Shown: one piece after another, positions 1 through 14,446 of the stretch
How positions within the stretch are numbered: the first letter of the stretch is position 1
Layout: each line of letters starts with the position of its first letter
Assembly: GCA_965235115.1 (NCBI GenBank)
Contig: OZ249436.1
Location: 36,458,001-36,522,000 of the forward strand
DNA from: Laetmonice hystrix
Taxonomy: Eukaryota
Direction: 5' to 3'
DNA: 64,000 nucleotides
The notes under the pieces: model-generated
Databases searched by the model: none
The model's input: only the letters and a program-made list of their open reading frames with translations
What the model was told of the DNA's origin: nothing
Translations under genes and position numbers: made by a program

Positions 1-744
1 AAATGCTATCCAGCAAAGGCGTTCTCTATACTTTCCATCCAATATCCGGAGTACTTCGCTTTAAAGTTTACACCTCACTTTGCCACTTAAAGTTTTTAAT
101 TGAAAATTCTTCCGGTCATATACGAATATTTGAATGAATATTTCTAGTGAGCAAAGTGATAAACTGCATGTGTGTGTGAACTACAGGCATAATGTCAGAT
201 TAAATGTGTAATTCCATCCCACCTGATGTGAATGAATAAAGCTATATCTCCATCACATTCAGTGAGATGTATATTAGGATGAGGCAGCGATATACCGTAA
301 TGTGAATCTTTAATAACGGAATACGAAGGAGTTCAACAAATTTTGTTGATGACCACTTATGAAACTTTAATGTCTAACTCCCATCGGTGATTAGAAAATC
401 GACTTTTCACCATATTACGGGAAGTAATCAGAATTTGTAATATTTCTCTGTTCTAAGTACCAATCTATACGTAAGACCCAGTAGATGCATGCATTCCTTA
501 CCATGTAATACCCCATAATTCCTTGTCGTCAGGAAGTTTGGGATTCTTCCCCTGCCAAGGCAGGCCCATAACGAGTCCACCGTCCATGGTATGGTGGTGT
601 TTGAGTTGTTATGTGGAAAGTTTGCTCTATAAGTAATGTCGTAGATTACATAAAAAGAATATCACGTCTCATATAGATATTACTCTGTTAGAAAGTTGCC
701 TGTATGGTTATGGGCCGGGATAAAATTGGAGGAGGGTCACGCAA

Positions 745-1910
745 ACCACTCCCGTCCATGCCCAGGTGACCGAATCCATACCGAACCTATCCAATCTCTG
801 GTCAAGTGACGCCAGCCACTCCCGGTCCGGACCAGGTGACCCCATCGATACCCAGCCTATCCAATCACTGGTCAAGTGACGCCAGCCACTCCCGTCCCTG
901 ACCAGGTGACCTCATCCATACCCAGCCTATCCAATCTCTGGTCAAGTGACGCCAGCCACTCCCGTCCCTGACCAGGTGACCTCATCCATACCCAGCCTAT
1001 CCAATCTCTGGTCAAGTGACGCCAGCCACTCCCGTCCCTGACCAGGTGACCTCATCCATACCCAGCCTATCCAATCTCTGGTCAGGTGACGCCAGCCACT
1101 CCCGGTCCGGACCAGGTGACCCCATCCATACCCAGCCTATTCAATCTCTGGTCAAGTGACGCCAACCACACCCGACCTAGCCAATCTCTGGTCAAGTGAC
1201 GCAAGCCACTTCCGGTCCGGACCAGGTGACCGCATCCATACCCAGCCTATCCAATCTCTGGTCAAGTGACGCCAGCCACTCCCGTTCCTGACCAGGTGAC
1301 CGCATCCATACCCAGCCTATCCAATCTCTGGTCAAGTGACGCCAGCCACTCTAGGTCCGAACCAGGTGACCCCATCCATACCCAGCCTATCTAATCTCTG
1401 GTCAAGTGACGCCAGCCACTCCCGTCCCTGACCAGGTGACCGCATCCATACCCAGCCTATCCAATCTCTGGTCAAGTGACGCCAGCCACTCCCGTCCCTG
1501 ACCAGGTGACCTCATCCATACCCAGCCTATCCAATCTCTGGTCAAGTGACGCCAGCCACTCCCGGTCCGGACCAGGTGACCGCATCCATACCCAGCCTAT
1601 CCAATCTCTGGTCAAGTGACGCCAGCCACTCCCGGTCCGGGCCAGGTGACCGCATCCATACCCAGCCTATCCAATCTCTGGTCAAGTGACGCCAGCCACT
1701 CCCGTCCCTGACCAGGTGACCTCATCCATACCCAGCCTATCCAATCTCTGGTCGAGTGACGCCAGTCACTCCCGTCCCTGACCAGGTGACCTCATCCATA
1801 CCCAGCCTATCCAATCTCTGGTCAAGTGACGCCAGCCACTCCCGTCCCTGACCAGGTGACCTCATCCATACCCAGCCTATCCAATCTCTGGTCAAGTGAC
1901 GCCAGCCACT
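745..1910. repeat. Minisatellite, 70-bp unit (30+40 bp sub-units)
   Basis: Unit ccaatctctggtcaagtgacgccagccactcccgtccctgaccaggtgacctcatccatacccagcctat with period 70 (e.g. 901, 971). Confidence 0.95.
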
Positions 1911-1999
1911 TTCAGCATTGACTAGGTGACCCCAAACCACACCTGTCATACTCAATCCTTGGTCGACGTCAGCCACACCCGGTATATACAATCCCTAGT

Positions 2000-2460
2000 C
2001 ATGTGACGCCAGCCACACCCAGGGACACCAATTTTTGGTCAAGTGACGCCAGCCACACGCGGCCTAACCAATTTCTGGTCAAGTGACGCCAGCCACACGC
2101 GGCCTAACCAATTTCTGGTCAAGTGACGCCAGCCACACGCGGCCTAACGAATTTCTGGTCAAGTGACGCCAGCCACACGCGGCCTAACCAATTTCTGGTC
2201 AAGTGACGCCAGCCACACGCGGCCTAACCAATTTCTGGTCAAGTGACGCCAGCCACACCCGGCCTAACCAATTTCTGGTCAAGTGACGCCAGCCACACGC
2301 GGCCTAACCAATTTCTGGTCAAGTGACGCCAGCCACACCCGGCCTAACCAATTTCTGGTCAAGTGACGCCAGCCACACGCGGCCTAACCAATTTCTGGTC
2401 AAGTGACGCCAGCCACACCCGGCCTATCCAAATTCTGGTCAAGTGACGCCAACCACGGAC
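2000..2460. repeat. Minisatellite, 40-bp unit related to the adjacent 70-mer
   Basis: aagtgacgccagccacacgcggcctaaccaatttctggtc with period 40. Confidence 0.95.
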
Positions 2461-4789
2461 TATCTAATCTTTGCTCACAAAAGTGACGCCAGCCACTCCC
2501 GGTCCTGCATGGCCAGATGTTGCCAGCCACACCCGGCCTAGTGGTTCTCTTGCCAGTGAATAGGCCTATCTATCCCTGATCGAATCCTGCAGCATACATA
2601 TTAAATTATTAGTAAAATCTCCAGTCACACTATACTCTTGGGATAATTAACTTGAGAAAACAACTGTGGATATTTCAGGCCGACCTGATGACATTAACCA
2701 CACCACGAATCAAGAAGTAACAGGCACACAGGGAGTCGACACGAAGGTATGCGCCTTCTTCGTCTTTGTTTATCGTTCCTGTCTGTAAACTTTACGTCAC
2801 TTACGTAAGTGTTCCGGTTATCTCGGATCTGGCACGGGACAGGCTGTCATGCTTGCATTGGGTGGGTGGCCTTTAAGGCGATTGGTGGTGGGTGGTCGGT
2901 GAGGGGGTTTGCTGAGATGATTAGCCCTGAGACATGCGTGTCACCTTCTCGAATATCCTTTACATCCGCAACGTCTTAAATATTATGTTGGGAACGATAT
3001 ACAGTTTATACCAGGTGTGCTGCATATAAAAGGTGAACATTAAATTTGAAAAGCACATCTCAGATATCTGATTTTTTATACTTTTTCATTTTATTTATTT
3101 GTTACGCCATCGACGCCAAGGCTGTTCATCTTGTTGGTTGGGAAATAAAATCTCAATAGATCTAACCTAACCATATCTGTATGACGTAGATTTATTGTAG
3201 GCCTAAGTGTATAGAAGTACATAAACGCACTTTTATGTCCATGGCCTAAGTTATACCAAGAAGCAGGTCGCATCACGCCTCTTTTTGACTTCTATCAGAA
3301 TATATTTACGCAGACCTGTATTGGACGCGACAGTAACGTCAGCGAACTCAGAAAACTTATAGCCACTGCATATTTGGACCAAGGAGAACATGCCATGGCC
3401 TCTCTCTCGTACCACTTTATTATTGCCTTGCTCGATCGCCGACATTTTCATTTTTGACCATATTGCTTGTCAGCATACATTGCAAAGTCGCCTGTTATAT
3501 TTACCCAGCGTTCGGTGACGGAAAAGTCGGGCTGGCCATGTCCGTTTGGAGGAGCTAATGATTGACATAATGGCGGGAGGATGCGCGCCTCCATTCCTCG
3601 TGACGGCGACGTCGCTAACAACCCGCGTATTTTGCCGGTAATTTGATTGACAGCCGCTGACGCCGTGCGTCACGGTAAGCTATGACCATTTGTCTAATAG
3701 GGCGCTAATGCACTTTAAATGTTTACGCGTTAATTTTCAAATAAATAAACGTTCGCACTTCCTGCCTTATATAAACCCACATCACTGCAATCAGGCTCTA
3801 ATCTAATCTGCAAACTGTTAATTTGGTGGGCTTGTTGTTTGGCTTGCTGTTACGTGGGCCGAGCCCCGGTAATGGTTCTCGAGTGGAGACGGGAGGGCTC
3901 CGTGTGGATGGACCCAGGCGCCAGGAAAACCTCGACGGCCATCGTATAGGTCAACAGAGTGGCACAGAGTCGGCTAGGGGCTCAATCACGCTCAATGACT
4001 GGCTTTCTGGGCTCTGGTACAATACGTAAAGCTATACTAGCAGCATGCTTACAATCTATACTTCTGCTGTTACTTTGATATCCACCCTTTGTACGATTTG
4101 CCCACTTTCCAAGATATATCTGTTTCTATTCATTCCTTTATCGTAACTTAGTCTTTTTTATTTACTTCTTTCCTTCTCCCACAGAACATTAATATTACAT
4201 CCTATATCCGATTCTTACTCGTTCTATTAATGTAGACCCCCCATCCCATAATGTGATGAACCCCCTTTCAGAAATTATTTCGTAGTTTTTACTGCAATGT
4301 CGACGTTTTCAAACGAAATATCCTTTCAATAAAATGTCCGCAGACAATCAATTATTCAGACTATATTTCCATGTATGATATAAAAGATCTACTATAAGAG
4401 GAAGAATTATTGATTGATTTTCGTTATGATTACAGAAAAGCACCTGTCTATAGATGGCTAATACTTGACCCGCAGGCCGATACCGGATGTAGCGTCACAT
4501 AATTACTATTCTCACGGCTGGTTATTGCTGGACACCAATTGACAACTTGTCAAGGATCCCGGTTCTATTTTTATAACCATTAGGCCTAGCTCTAAGTATA
4601 CGTCAGGCCTCAGCGCTAGATGAATATCCCATTACCTGAAAGCATAACCTTCGATGAGACGCTTTCAATTAATATAATTTGCGCTCCATAAATATAAGCA
4701 TTGATGGAGCACGCGGAAGTGGAGAAGTATCATAATATAACAAGCCGACCTCGTGAGTGGAAATGAATATAACGTCATGTATTTCATGC

Positions 4790-5722
4790 AGATATAATAT
4801 CGACATGCTGCATCTACCTTTACATGAATCCAGATATAATATCGACATTCTGCATCTACCTTTACATGAATCCAGATATAATATCGACATTCTGCATCTA
4901 CCTTTACATGAATCTAGAATATCGACATTCCGCATCTACCTTTACATGAATCCAGATATAATATCGACATTCTGCATCTACCTTTACATGAATCCAGATA
5001 TAATATCGACATTCTGCATCTACCTTTACATGAATCCAGATATAGTATCAACATTCTGCATCTACCTTTACATGAATTCAGATATAGTATCGACATTCTG
5101 CATCTACCTTTACATGAATCCAGATATAATATCGACATGCTGCATCTACCTTTACATGAATCCAGATAATATCGACATTCTGCATCTACCTTTACATGAA
5201 TCCAGATATAATATCGACATTCTGCATCTACCTTTACATGAATCCAGATATAATATCGACATTCTGCATCTACCTTTACATGAATCCACATATAATATCG
5301 ACATTCCGCATCTACCTTTACATGAATCCAGATATAATATCGACATTCCGCATCTACCTTTACATGAATCCATATATAATATCGACATTCTACATCTACC
5401 TTTACATGAATCCAGATATAATATCGACATTCTACATCTACCTTTACATGAATTCAGATATAGTATCGACATTCTACATCTACCTTTACATGAATTCAGA
5501 TATAGTATCGACATTCTGCATCTACCTTTACATGAATCCAGATAATATCGACATTCTACATCTACCTTTACATGAATCCAGATGTAATGTTGACATTCTG
5601 CATCTACTTTTACATGAATCCAGAATATCGACATTCCGCATCTACCATTACCTGAATCCAGATATAATATCGACATTCTGCATCTATCTTTACATGAATC
5701 CACATATAATATCGACATTCTG
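4790..5722. repeat. Minisatellite, 42-bp unit
   Basis: gatataatatcgacattctgcatctacctttacatgaatcca repeated about 22 times with small indels. Confidence 0.95.
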
Positions 5723-7426
5723 CTTCTACAATTACATAAATTTAACTATTAGAATGATACACGCATCAATAATCGACTACACTAGACCATTTTATAGCCC
5801 ATACTCAAATTAGGAAAAGTTCAACTGGATTTCCTTATATTAAACATTTTTCACTACAGAAGGTTTATGGTAATATTTGTGATCATTATGAACATCTATA
5901 AAGATTATGTATTCTGGCAAGAACCTATGTGCTGCGGTATATTATGTAGACGGTATCGTTCTTTATTTCAAAAGTTATTTCAGTCATGGTGTACTGCAAT
6001 CTGCATGTATGAGAAATTACTATTAATTGAAGCCTATTAGATTTTTTTCTGACATCCAATATCAAGAGCTGGCATACAGACTTTGTTAACATAGCCATCT
6101 AAGGGTAGATAATGAACAATCATCAACTTATCAAGTTTATCATCTAATTCCATCGCCAGGCAATTTCCCTGGTGTGAATGGGGTCCTTAGCCGTGTTAGC
6201 TCAACGCCGATCCTCAGCTTCATGGGCCTTCGTTCTCAGATACACCGCCTGGGGGACAGCGGCCATGTAAGCCTGGGTCTATACTTCACTGAAGGCTGAC
6301 CACGGTAGTGTGTAGGCCTTTATGACCCTTCATACGGTGCTGAAAGCCTGGAATTATTATCCTTGGTTGGTTACATGATAAAGGTAATTATGATAAAATC
6401 CTTGATGGATACCAATATCACCGTGTAAAATGTCATTTCGAGTGATTTGTATTATTTTACATTAATAAATGAAAAGCATTTGTAAGCATATACTGTGAAT
6501 TAGTTTACGTTTCAGCAAAGACATCACATATACGTAGGGCCTCTATACATGTACATGTAAATACATTGTACAATGTACTATCAGTAATCCGGTTGGGGTT
6601 CGGGGTGGAGGGGAGCTCAACTTCCTGTAATTTGGTGTCCTTCGTTCAATTTTAACTTCTATAATTATCATTTAATGCACGGAAATTGCTCCTATGATTC
6701 TCGAATGCTCACAATGCATGCGTCAGAGAAATATTTTTTCTGGGAGAAACGATCGAGCGACATTCCTGACCATCAGCAGCCCCTATCTGGTGCTGGCCGC
6801 GTGGCTGGTTCGACAGACACACACCAAGAACACCTGTCCCGCGGACAGAACCGACCGAAAAATGAGCACAAAACGGTTTAATCAATTACGTTCATAACTG
6901 TAAATACCTGCAGGGCGCTCCATAAAATGAACAAACAGAGCGCGGTCAGCCGTTCGAGTTGCGTGTAATGCGCCAAATTATATATCATTTATTTCCAATT
7001 TCGCAGCCCCTATGGCGGTATGGCGCAGGTATTTGCTCTGGCGAAGTATTTAATGAAGTCTGTATGGGGTATGATGGGGCCAATTGCAAACGCGGACGCC
7101 GACTCGACGCAGGCCTGACCGCCGGCTAAAACAAGCAGTAGCCGAAATGGAACTGAATTTGGACATGGCGTCCGCATCGGACCGCCTCGGGTCACATTCG
7201 GCACTAATAATGATTTAATGAAAATTTCAAATGTCTGCGTCTATGTAAACAGCCAAGGAGCGCAGAAAGGGTGGAATCAAATAATGTGTACGGATATTAA
7301 ACGCTGGACGCTGGTTCAAAGGCGCGATTTTTTAAAAGGTTTTCCAGCCGCGTGCATGCAGTCTGTGCGACCGCGTTGGTTTGTGAGTCGTTCTGGAAAA
7401 TTCTTACAATCTGTTTTCACGGCATG

Positions 7427-9793
7427 GCCCCGCTACAGTACCACACACCCAGCCGCCCCGCTACAGTACCACACATCCAGCCGCCTCGCTACAGTACCAC
7501 ACATCTACCAGCCACACTACAGTACCACACATCCACCCGCACCGCTACAGTACCACACATCCACCCGCACCGCTACAGTACCACACATCCATCCGCCCCG
7601 CTACAGTATCACACATCCAGCCGCCCCGCTACAGTACCTCACATCCACACACCTCGCTACAGTATCACACATCCACCCTCCGCAACAGTACCACACATCC
7701 ACCCGCACCGCTCCAGTATACCACACATCTACCCGCCCCGCTACAGTATCACACATCCACCCGCCCCACTACAGTATCACACATCTACCCGCCCCGCTAC
7801 AGTATCACACATCTACCCGCCCCGCTACAGTATCACACATCCACCCGCCCCACTACAGTATCACACATCTACCCGCCCCGCTACAGTATCACACATCTAC
7901 CCGCCCCGCTACAGTATCACACATCCACCTGCCCCGCTACAATACCACACGTCCACCCGCCCCACACATCCACACGCCTCGCTACAATACCACAGATCCA
8001 CCCGCCCCGCTACAGTACCAAACATCCACCCGCCCCACTACAGTACCACACATCCACCAGCCCCACTACAGTACCACGCATCCACCCGTCCCAGACATCC
8101 ACCCGCCCCGCTAGAGTACCACACATCCACCCGCCCCGCTAGAGTACCACACATCCACCCGCCCCACTACAGTACCACGCATCCACCCGCCCCAGACATC
8201 CACCAGCCCCACTACAGTACCACACATCCACCCGCCCCGCTACAGTACCACACCTCCACACGCCCCGCTACAGTATCACACATCCACCCTCCGCAACAGT
8301 ACCACACATCCACCCGCCCCACTACAGTACCACGCATCCACCCGCCCCACTACAGTACCACACATGCACCAGCCCCGCTATAGTACCACACATCCACCCA
8401 CCCCACTACAGTACCACACATCCACACGCCCCGCTGGTACCACACATCCACCAGCCCCACTACAGTACCACACATCCACCCGCCCCAGACATCCACCAGC
8501 CCCACTACAGTACCACACATCCACCCGCCCCAGACATCCACCAGCCCCACTACAGTACCACACATCCACCCGCCCCAGACATCCACCAGCCCCACTACAG
8601 TACCACGCATCCACCCGCCCCAGACATCCACCAGCCCCACTACAGTACCACACATCCACCCGCCCCGCTACAGTACCACACATCCACCAGCCCCACTACA
8701 GTACCACGCATCCACCCGCCCCGCTACAGTAGCACACATCCACCTGCCCCGCTACAGTACCACACATCCACCCGCCCCGCTACAGTAGCACACATCCACC
8801 TGCCCCGCTACAGTACCACACATCCACCCGCCCCGCTACAGTACCACACATCCACCCGCCCCAGACATCCACCAGCCCCGCTACAGTACCACACATCCAC
8901 CAGCCCCACTACAGTACCACGCATCCACCGCCCCGCTACAGTACCACACATCCACTAGCCCCACTACAGTACCACACATCCACCCGCCCCGCTACAGTAC
9001 CACACATCCACCAGCCCCACTACAGTACCACACATCCACCCGCCCCAGACATCCACCAGCCCCACTACAGTACCACACATCCACCCGCCCCGCTACAGTA
9101 CCACACATCCACCAGCCCCACTACAGTACTACGCATCCACCCGCCCCGCTACAGTACCACACATCCACCTGCCCCGCTACAGTACCACACATCCACCCGC
9201 CCCGCTACAGTAGCACACATCCACCTGCCCCGCTACAGTACCACACATCCACCCGCCCCGCTACAGTACCACACATCCACCCGCCCCGCTACAGTACCAC
9301 ACATCCACCCGCCCCGCTACAGTACCACACATCCACCCGCCCCAGACATCCACCAGCCCCACTACAGTACCACACATCCACCCGCCCCGCTACAGTACCA
9401 CACATCCACCCGCCCCGCTACAGTACCACACATCCACCAACCCCACTACAGTACCACACATCCACACGCCCCGCTACAGTACCACACATCCACCCGCCCC
9501 ACTACAGTACCACGCATCCACCCGCCCCAAACATCCACCAGCCCCACTACAGTACCACACATCCACCCGCCCCGCTACAGTACCACACATCCACACGCCC
9601 CGCTGGTACCACACATCCACCCGCCCCGCTACAGTACCACACATCCACCTGCCCCGCTACAGTACCACACATCCACCCGCCCCGCTACAGTACCACACAT
9701 CCACCCGCCCCGCTACAGTACCACGCATCCACCCGCCCCGCTACAGTACCACACATCCACCAGCCCCAGACATCCACCAGCCCCACTACAGTA
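7427..9793. repeat. C/A-rich minisatellite, 28-bp unit with 17-bp truncated variants
   Basis: ccccgctacagtaccacacatccacccg with period 28; a local 45-bp (28+17) higher-order unit occurs near 8450-8640. Confidence 0.95.
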
Positions 9794-12700
9794 CAGTATA
9801 ACCAGAATACACTGTATACGTCTCCACATATTCGTACACACATGCGTGTATTTCAGCAAGCATGACCGTACACGTTTATACAGACTGATTGGCAAACAGA
9901 CGAACACTCATGTGGAAAAAACTGAGAACGATATGAAAGTCAGACATGCTTATAGAGAGATATAGACAGCAATATTCACACAAGTATGATGGTGCAATTT
10001 GGTCCGTTGACCATAATGAACCCTATTTTTGGACTGTCCCTTTCGGGTATTTCAACTGAAATGGTTGTACAATTTCTCTCGTAAATGCGATTTTTATGGA
10101 AATTAAAGCACTTTCCCAAAGGCAAGGAGAACATTGACTTGCAGGTTCGAGTCGTTGATAAAGGATGTAAGTAGGCTATGAATTGGGGGTTTGACGCGGG
10201 CACTGTGAGAGTGGCACCATGTCGCCTAGGCCACTGGGTGTTCATGCTATATTTTGCCATCGGGGGTTTCAGGATAGCCACCAAAAGATCCGCACTTAAA
10301 TGGAAAGAAATGCGTAGTCGCAATGGGGGATACAATGTATAAACGTGTAGTTATGCAGTTGTTGCCGTTGGTAGTTGTTGCGCTGTTGCTGGCCGATATT
10401 TATACCTGCGGGTCCCGGTTTAGTTGTAAGATATCTTCACTCATGCTGCACACAAGAGCACCGTGAATGTCGGCGCAGCGTGCGCAGCAGTGGATTTCAT
10501 TAAAAACCTGCCAAAACAAAATGTCGTCTGCTCAGCAGTCGGCCAATTTCGCAATATTCTCTCCTCACAGCTTCCAATTACAACGCAACGCGGGAGCCAT
10601 CGATACTGTCATTATTTTCATTAGGTCTCGTATTATGCCGGAAAATTGGAAGTTTTATTGAGCGCACAAATAGAAAATAACAAATTCATTGAAAACGTTA
10701 TCGTTAATTTGCGTCTAATTCAAATAATTGAAAATTGAATAAAGTTCAGCGTCAATAGCGGATAATTTCGTCAGACGCTAATCTAATGTAATCAGATCGA
10801 ATGGTCGCTTATGTAGCGCGCTTAAGCTTGGATAATGACAAATTATTGCCCACACAAATAAGTTTAATGAATCTGTCTTCGATTTGCAGACGACTCGTTG
10901 TTGTCAGCAATGCTGCTCTCGGTCGGGTCTTTGTTCACTAACCACCGCTGCCCGGCCCACCTCGTTAGCAATTGGCCTAATTGAGCATAGTCTTGCTCTT
11001 GTGCGCCAAGCCGAACACAGAGCATTCGTAGGAGAATCTGTATTATCAGTAACCAAGCGCAAAATGACCGAAAATGACCGAAAATGATTCGGTAATTCAG
11101 TGGCCGAATGATATGATCGCCGCCACTTAGCGCGCCTGCCGATAATGTCCAATAAAGCAAACGCATTTGGCGACTAATGTTTTGCCAATATGTTTGACAA
11201 GATTAAATTCTCGATTGCCTTATGGCTTTATGATGCGTGTGAACGAGCGCGCCGCCAGATATGAGTATCACTTAGTACCTCATTTGGCGACTAATGGAGG
11301 TGTTTTTGATAGTGCAGCGAGTCGACTCGTACTCTCGAGGGCCTCCACGCTCTCTTCCTTTCGCCTCAATTTCCTCCGCGATTTATCGCCTTCGAACGCT
11401 GCGCACGCTGGCTTCCGAATTTTGTAGGCAACTAATGGACCGACGTTTACTTTGCTCCTACCGCGGCGCAGTGAGCGCGGCCGGCCGCTGTCCCAGCTTC
11501 CTCCTCAATCGGCTCAAATCAGACAATCAAGTTGTTGGCGACGATTTGTATCGACGCTCCTCTTGACAGCCTGGCACTGACACCGCGGGGCCAGCCTCGG
11601 CTGGGAACCGGCTAGGGGGCGCTGCAGGGGTGAGGGACGCCACGGCAGGCGAGCGGCAGGGTGGGGTGGGCGTAGGTAGGGGGTGTGGAGGGGGGGGGGC
11701 TGCTGCTGCTTCAACTACTGATTCTGGTCTCCCTGCTGATGCCGATCGTCATGTCTTATGTTTCCCATGGTGATCATCCCGTTAATTCTGTGTGGACCTA
11801 GGCCATCTAGACATTCTTGTCCTCTCTATGTTTCTATCCCAGTTGGTGCCACTGTTGTTCCAATTTCATATCACTGTTAAACTACAACTGACGTGAATTT
11901 AGCCTTATTCAAGTTATTGTGTTATTTAATAGTCATTACATGCCTAAAGTTGATTTTGGTATAATTACGTTTAACGTTCTCCTTCCCTACGAATATACCT
12001 TCCGTGTACATATCATATAGGCCCTGTTTGAAAGTACGAGTTGAATATATATCTAGCTCAGTGTCATGTTGGCCTCATCTAAATATCAAGTTAAACCATG
12101 CACACGCGCCATCTGACAGATTGGGTCGTAACAAACGGAAGAAGTCTCCCGATTCAATGTCCAGCTGTTCACAGTTTGTTGTGTAGATCGACCGCTGCAA
12201 ACTACACACAAACACAGTGCGTAATACATGTATATACATATAAATAACATGCAAGGCATTATTTTAAGTTAAACCGTAACTAAAAACAAGAATTCCGTTT
12301 CATCAAAGATAAAACTAAAAGTCCACAATTACGTATCCCATGACCTCCTCGGCTACGTTGATTCGTAAGTTTTGTATGGTGACCAAAGCTCGTTCGTTTA
12401 ATCTTTCAAAAAAAATTCCTTGAACACACAAACGAAACTTTCAAATGTCGTTTCCACTGTCAGTGACGCCAACCAATCGACCTTTCTAAAATAAAGAGTA
12501 TCAATAATTAGGTTTATTGTATAGCCATCATCTATTCATTCATATGGTTACATGTATACATACATGTATACAAATGTGTATTATTTAAATTAATATCAGT
12601 GAAAACCTCACAATAATAATGAATCACAAAGTTGAGTTCATGGAAAGAATGATCAAGATGATCAAACAAATCTTTCACAACTCTTTGTTACTGTTTTTAT

Positions 12701-14355
12701 GGTATTTGTTCTTAAAACGAAGAAGTAGTATTGCACTTTAAAGTATACTTTTGTATCGTAGAGCTTTGAACACAGGATATGCTGATGTATATAATGGAAG
12801 TTATCTAAGCTTATGATGATGGTTTTATTAATATACGATGAAAGGATAAAGCTGTCTGTAATGTAAGAGCAAACGCTCCCTCTAGTGCTGACTTCATAGA
12901 CTAAAAGATGCTCGGTATTTCAGCAAATGGCTGAAGCAAGACGCCCATCGAGGAGCACGCTCTGTGTTTTGTTTATATACAAAATCAGGATTATCAGGGT
13001 CTTGGAGCGACATCAAAGAGCGTATCGGCTAATCAATGACAATTAGTAATGAGAAGCCAATTCGCAATCTCCTGGATCTTTAGTCTGCAGTTGTTTCCAT
13101 CTGTTTTCTTCTTTTTCATGAAGAGCAAATGAATAATGGTACTGTAGGAAAACAGGGTAATTGCCAATTGGTGATTGGCAAACGATGGAAATCGTGTTCG
13201 CTTTATTGCATGGACCGTTTCTGATTCATGCATTGCAGTTTCCATCACGCTTCACCCTCTTCAAAGAGATGCGCCTGTCGATGAGTTACCTAAAAGAAAA
13301 AAACTTAACACTGTTTAAACTCAATCACGAAACCGTGCAAGAGCTACTCTCATAATTCTGTTATTAAAGACGGCCCGGTCGCCTCGCAGACGGTGTTAGT
13401 TTTTGGCCAAGGCAATGCCATAAGTCGTTGTCCTTTGTCAGCGCTGCCTCTTTGGTGTGACGAATGTGCCCAGGTAATATGAATCAGACCAAACCTTAAT
13501 GGCTTTACGTTGAGAACATCGCCATTATGTCTGTTACCACTTAATGTGTGCCGATTCATTGACAATCGGTTATCATTGAAATGTTTGAAATATGACAACA
13601 ATGTGGTTGTTTCGTGGAGGCGGTACAATGAAAGTTGTGGGTGTAATGATGAAACACCTCGGAGGACTCCAAGGCGCCCAGCCATGCCTTGTCACAGGTG
13701 TTCCCACAGGCCTTCCCGCTGCCGCTTCCAGGGAACAACTCAGAACAAAACCACACACAAAGAGGTCTACAGAAACTCTAAGAGTTGTGGTGGAGAAAAC
13801 ATTTTCAAAACAGGCATCAGGGATTTCATACATGTTTAAACAAAAATTCCAACAATATAACACGAAATATAGTGCACTCGTTGGTGAAGGCTTGGTTGCT
13901 ATTTAAAAGGTGGTATAATTCCCCCCCCCCCCCCCGTGTTCTATAGGGAAATGACAAAGTCGGTCTGTGACGAGGGCATTTGGAAAGAAAGGTTCCAACA
14001 AGAAGGTTTTCTGAAAGAAAACGTACATGTCTTCACAAAAGTTTAGTTTGCACCAGGTCAAGGTTCCTTTTATAGAACTAATTAAAGCTCAGGAGTCACG
14101 TATGATAAACAGGATCTGCACCAAAATTAGGTAAAATTCTATAATTAGTTGAAGTGTATCTGGCTTATGCACATGTATCCATCTGTGCCATTTTTACCGC
14201 ACACTCTTCGCAAGCAATCCAGCTTCAGCTTAGTCGTTTCGCCCTGCAATTCATTGCACTATCATTTATGTTTTCTTGCTGCAACACTATTTATAATGAG
14301 CTATATTGCATGAAGATTTCTACACGTTGGGTTGCAGCGTTATGGCATTCAGGTG

Positions 14356-14358
<3 letters not shown>

Positions 14359-14439
<81 letters not shown>
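14359..14439. repeat. (TC)n microsatellite
   Basis: About 40 uninterrupted TC units. Confidence 0.97.

Positions 14440-14446
<7 letters not shown>

Noticed and set aside
745..2460. CRISPR-like appearance of regular repeats
   Set aside because: No unique spacers, no cas genes, and a eukaryotic context; these are plain tandem repeats
4669..5813. Long ORFs on both strands (YNIDILHLPLHESR repeats)
   Set aside because: By-products of the 42-bp minisatellite; several frames are open, indels shift the frame, and there is no exon structure
7218..8732. His/Pro/Thr-rich ORFs of up to 343 aa
   Set aside because: Translation of the stop-poor 28-bp minisatellite; the unit length is not a multiple of 3
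13033..13906. Cluster of overlapping short ORFs and minus-strand acceptor-like sites
   Set aside because: No recognisable protein motif and no consistent exon chain; a lncRNA cannot be supported from sequence alone
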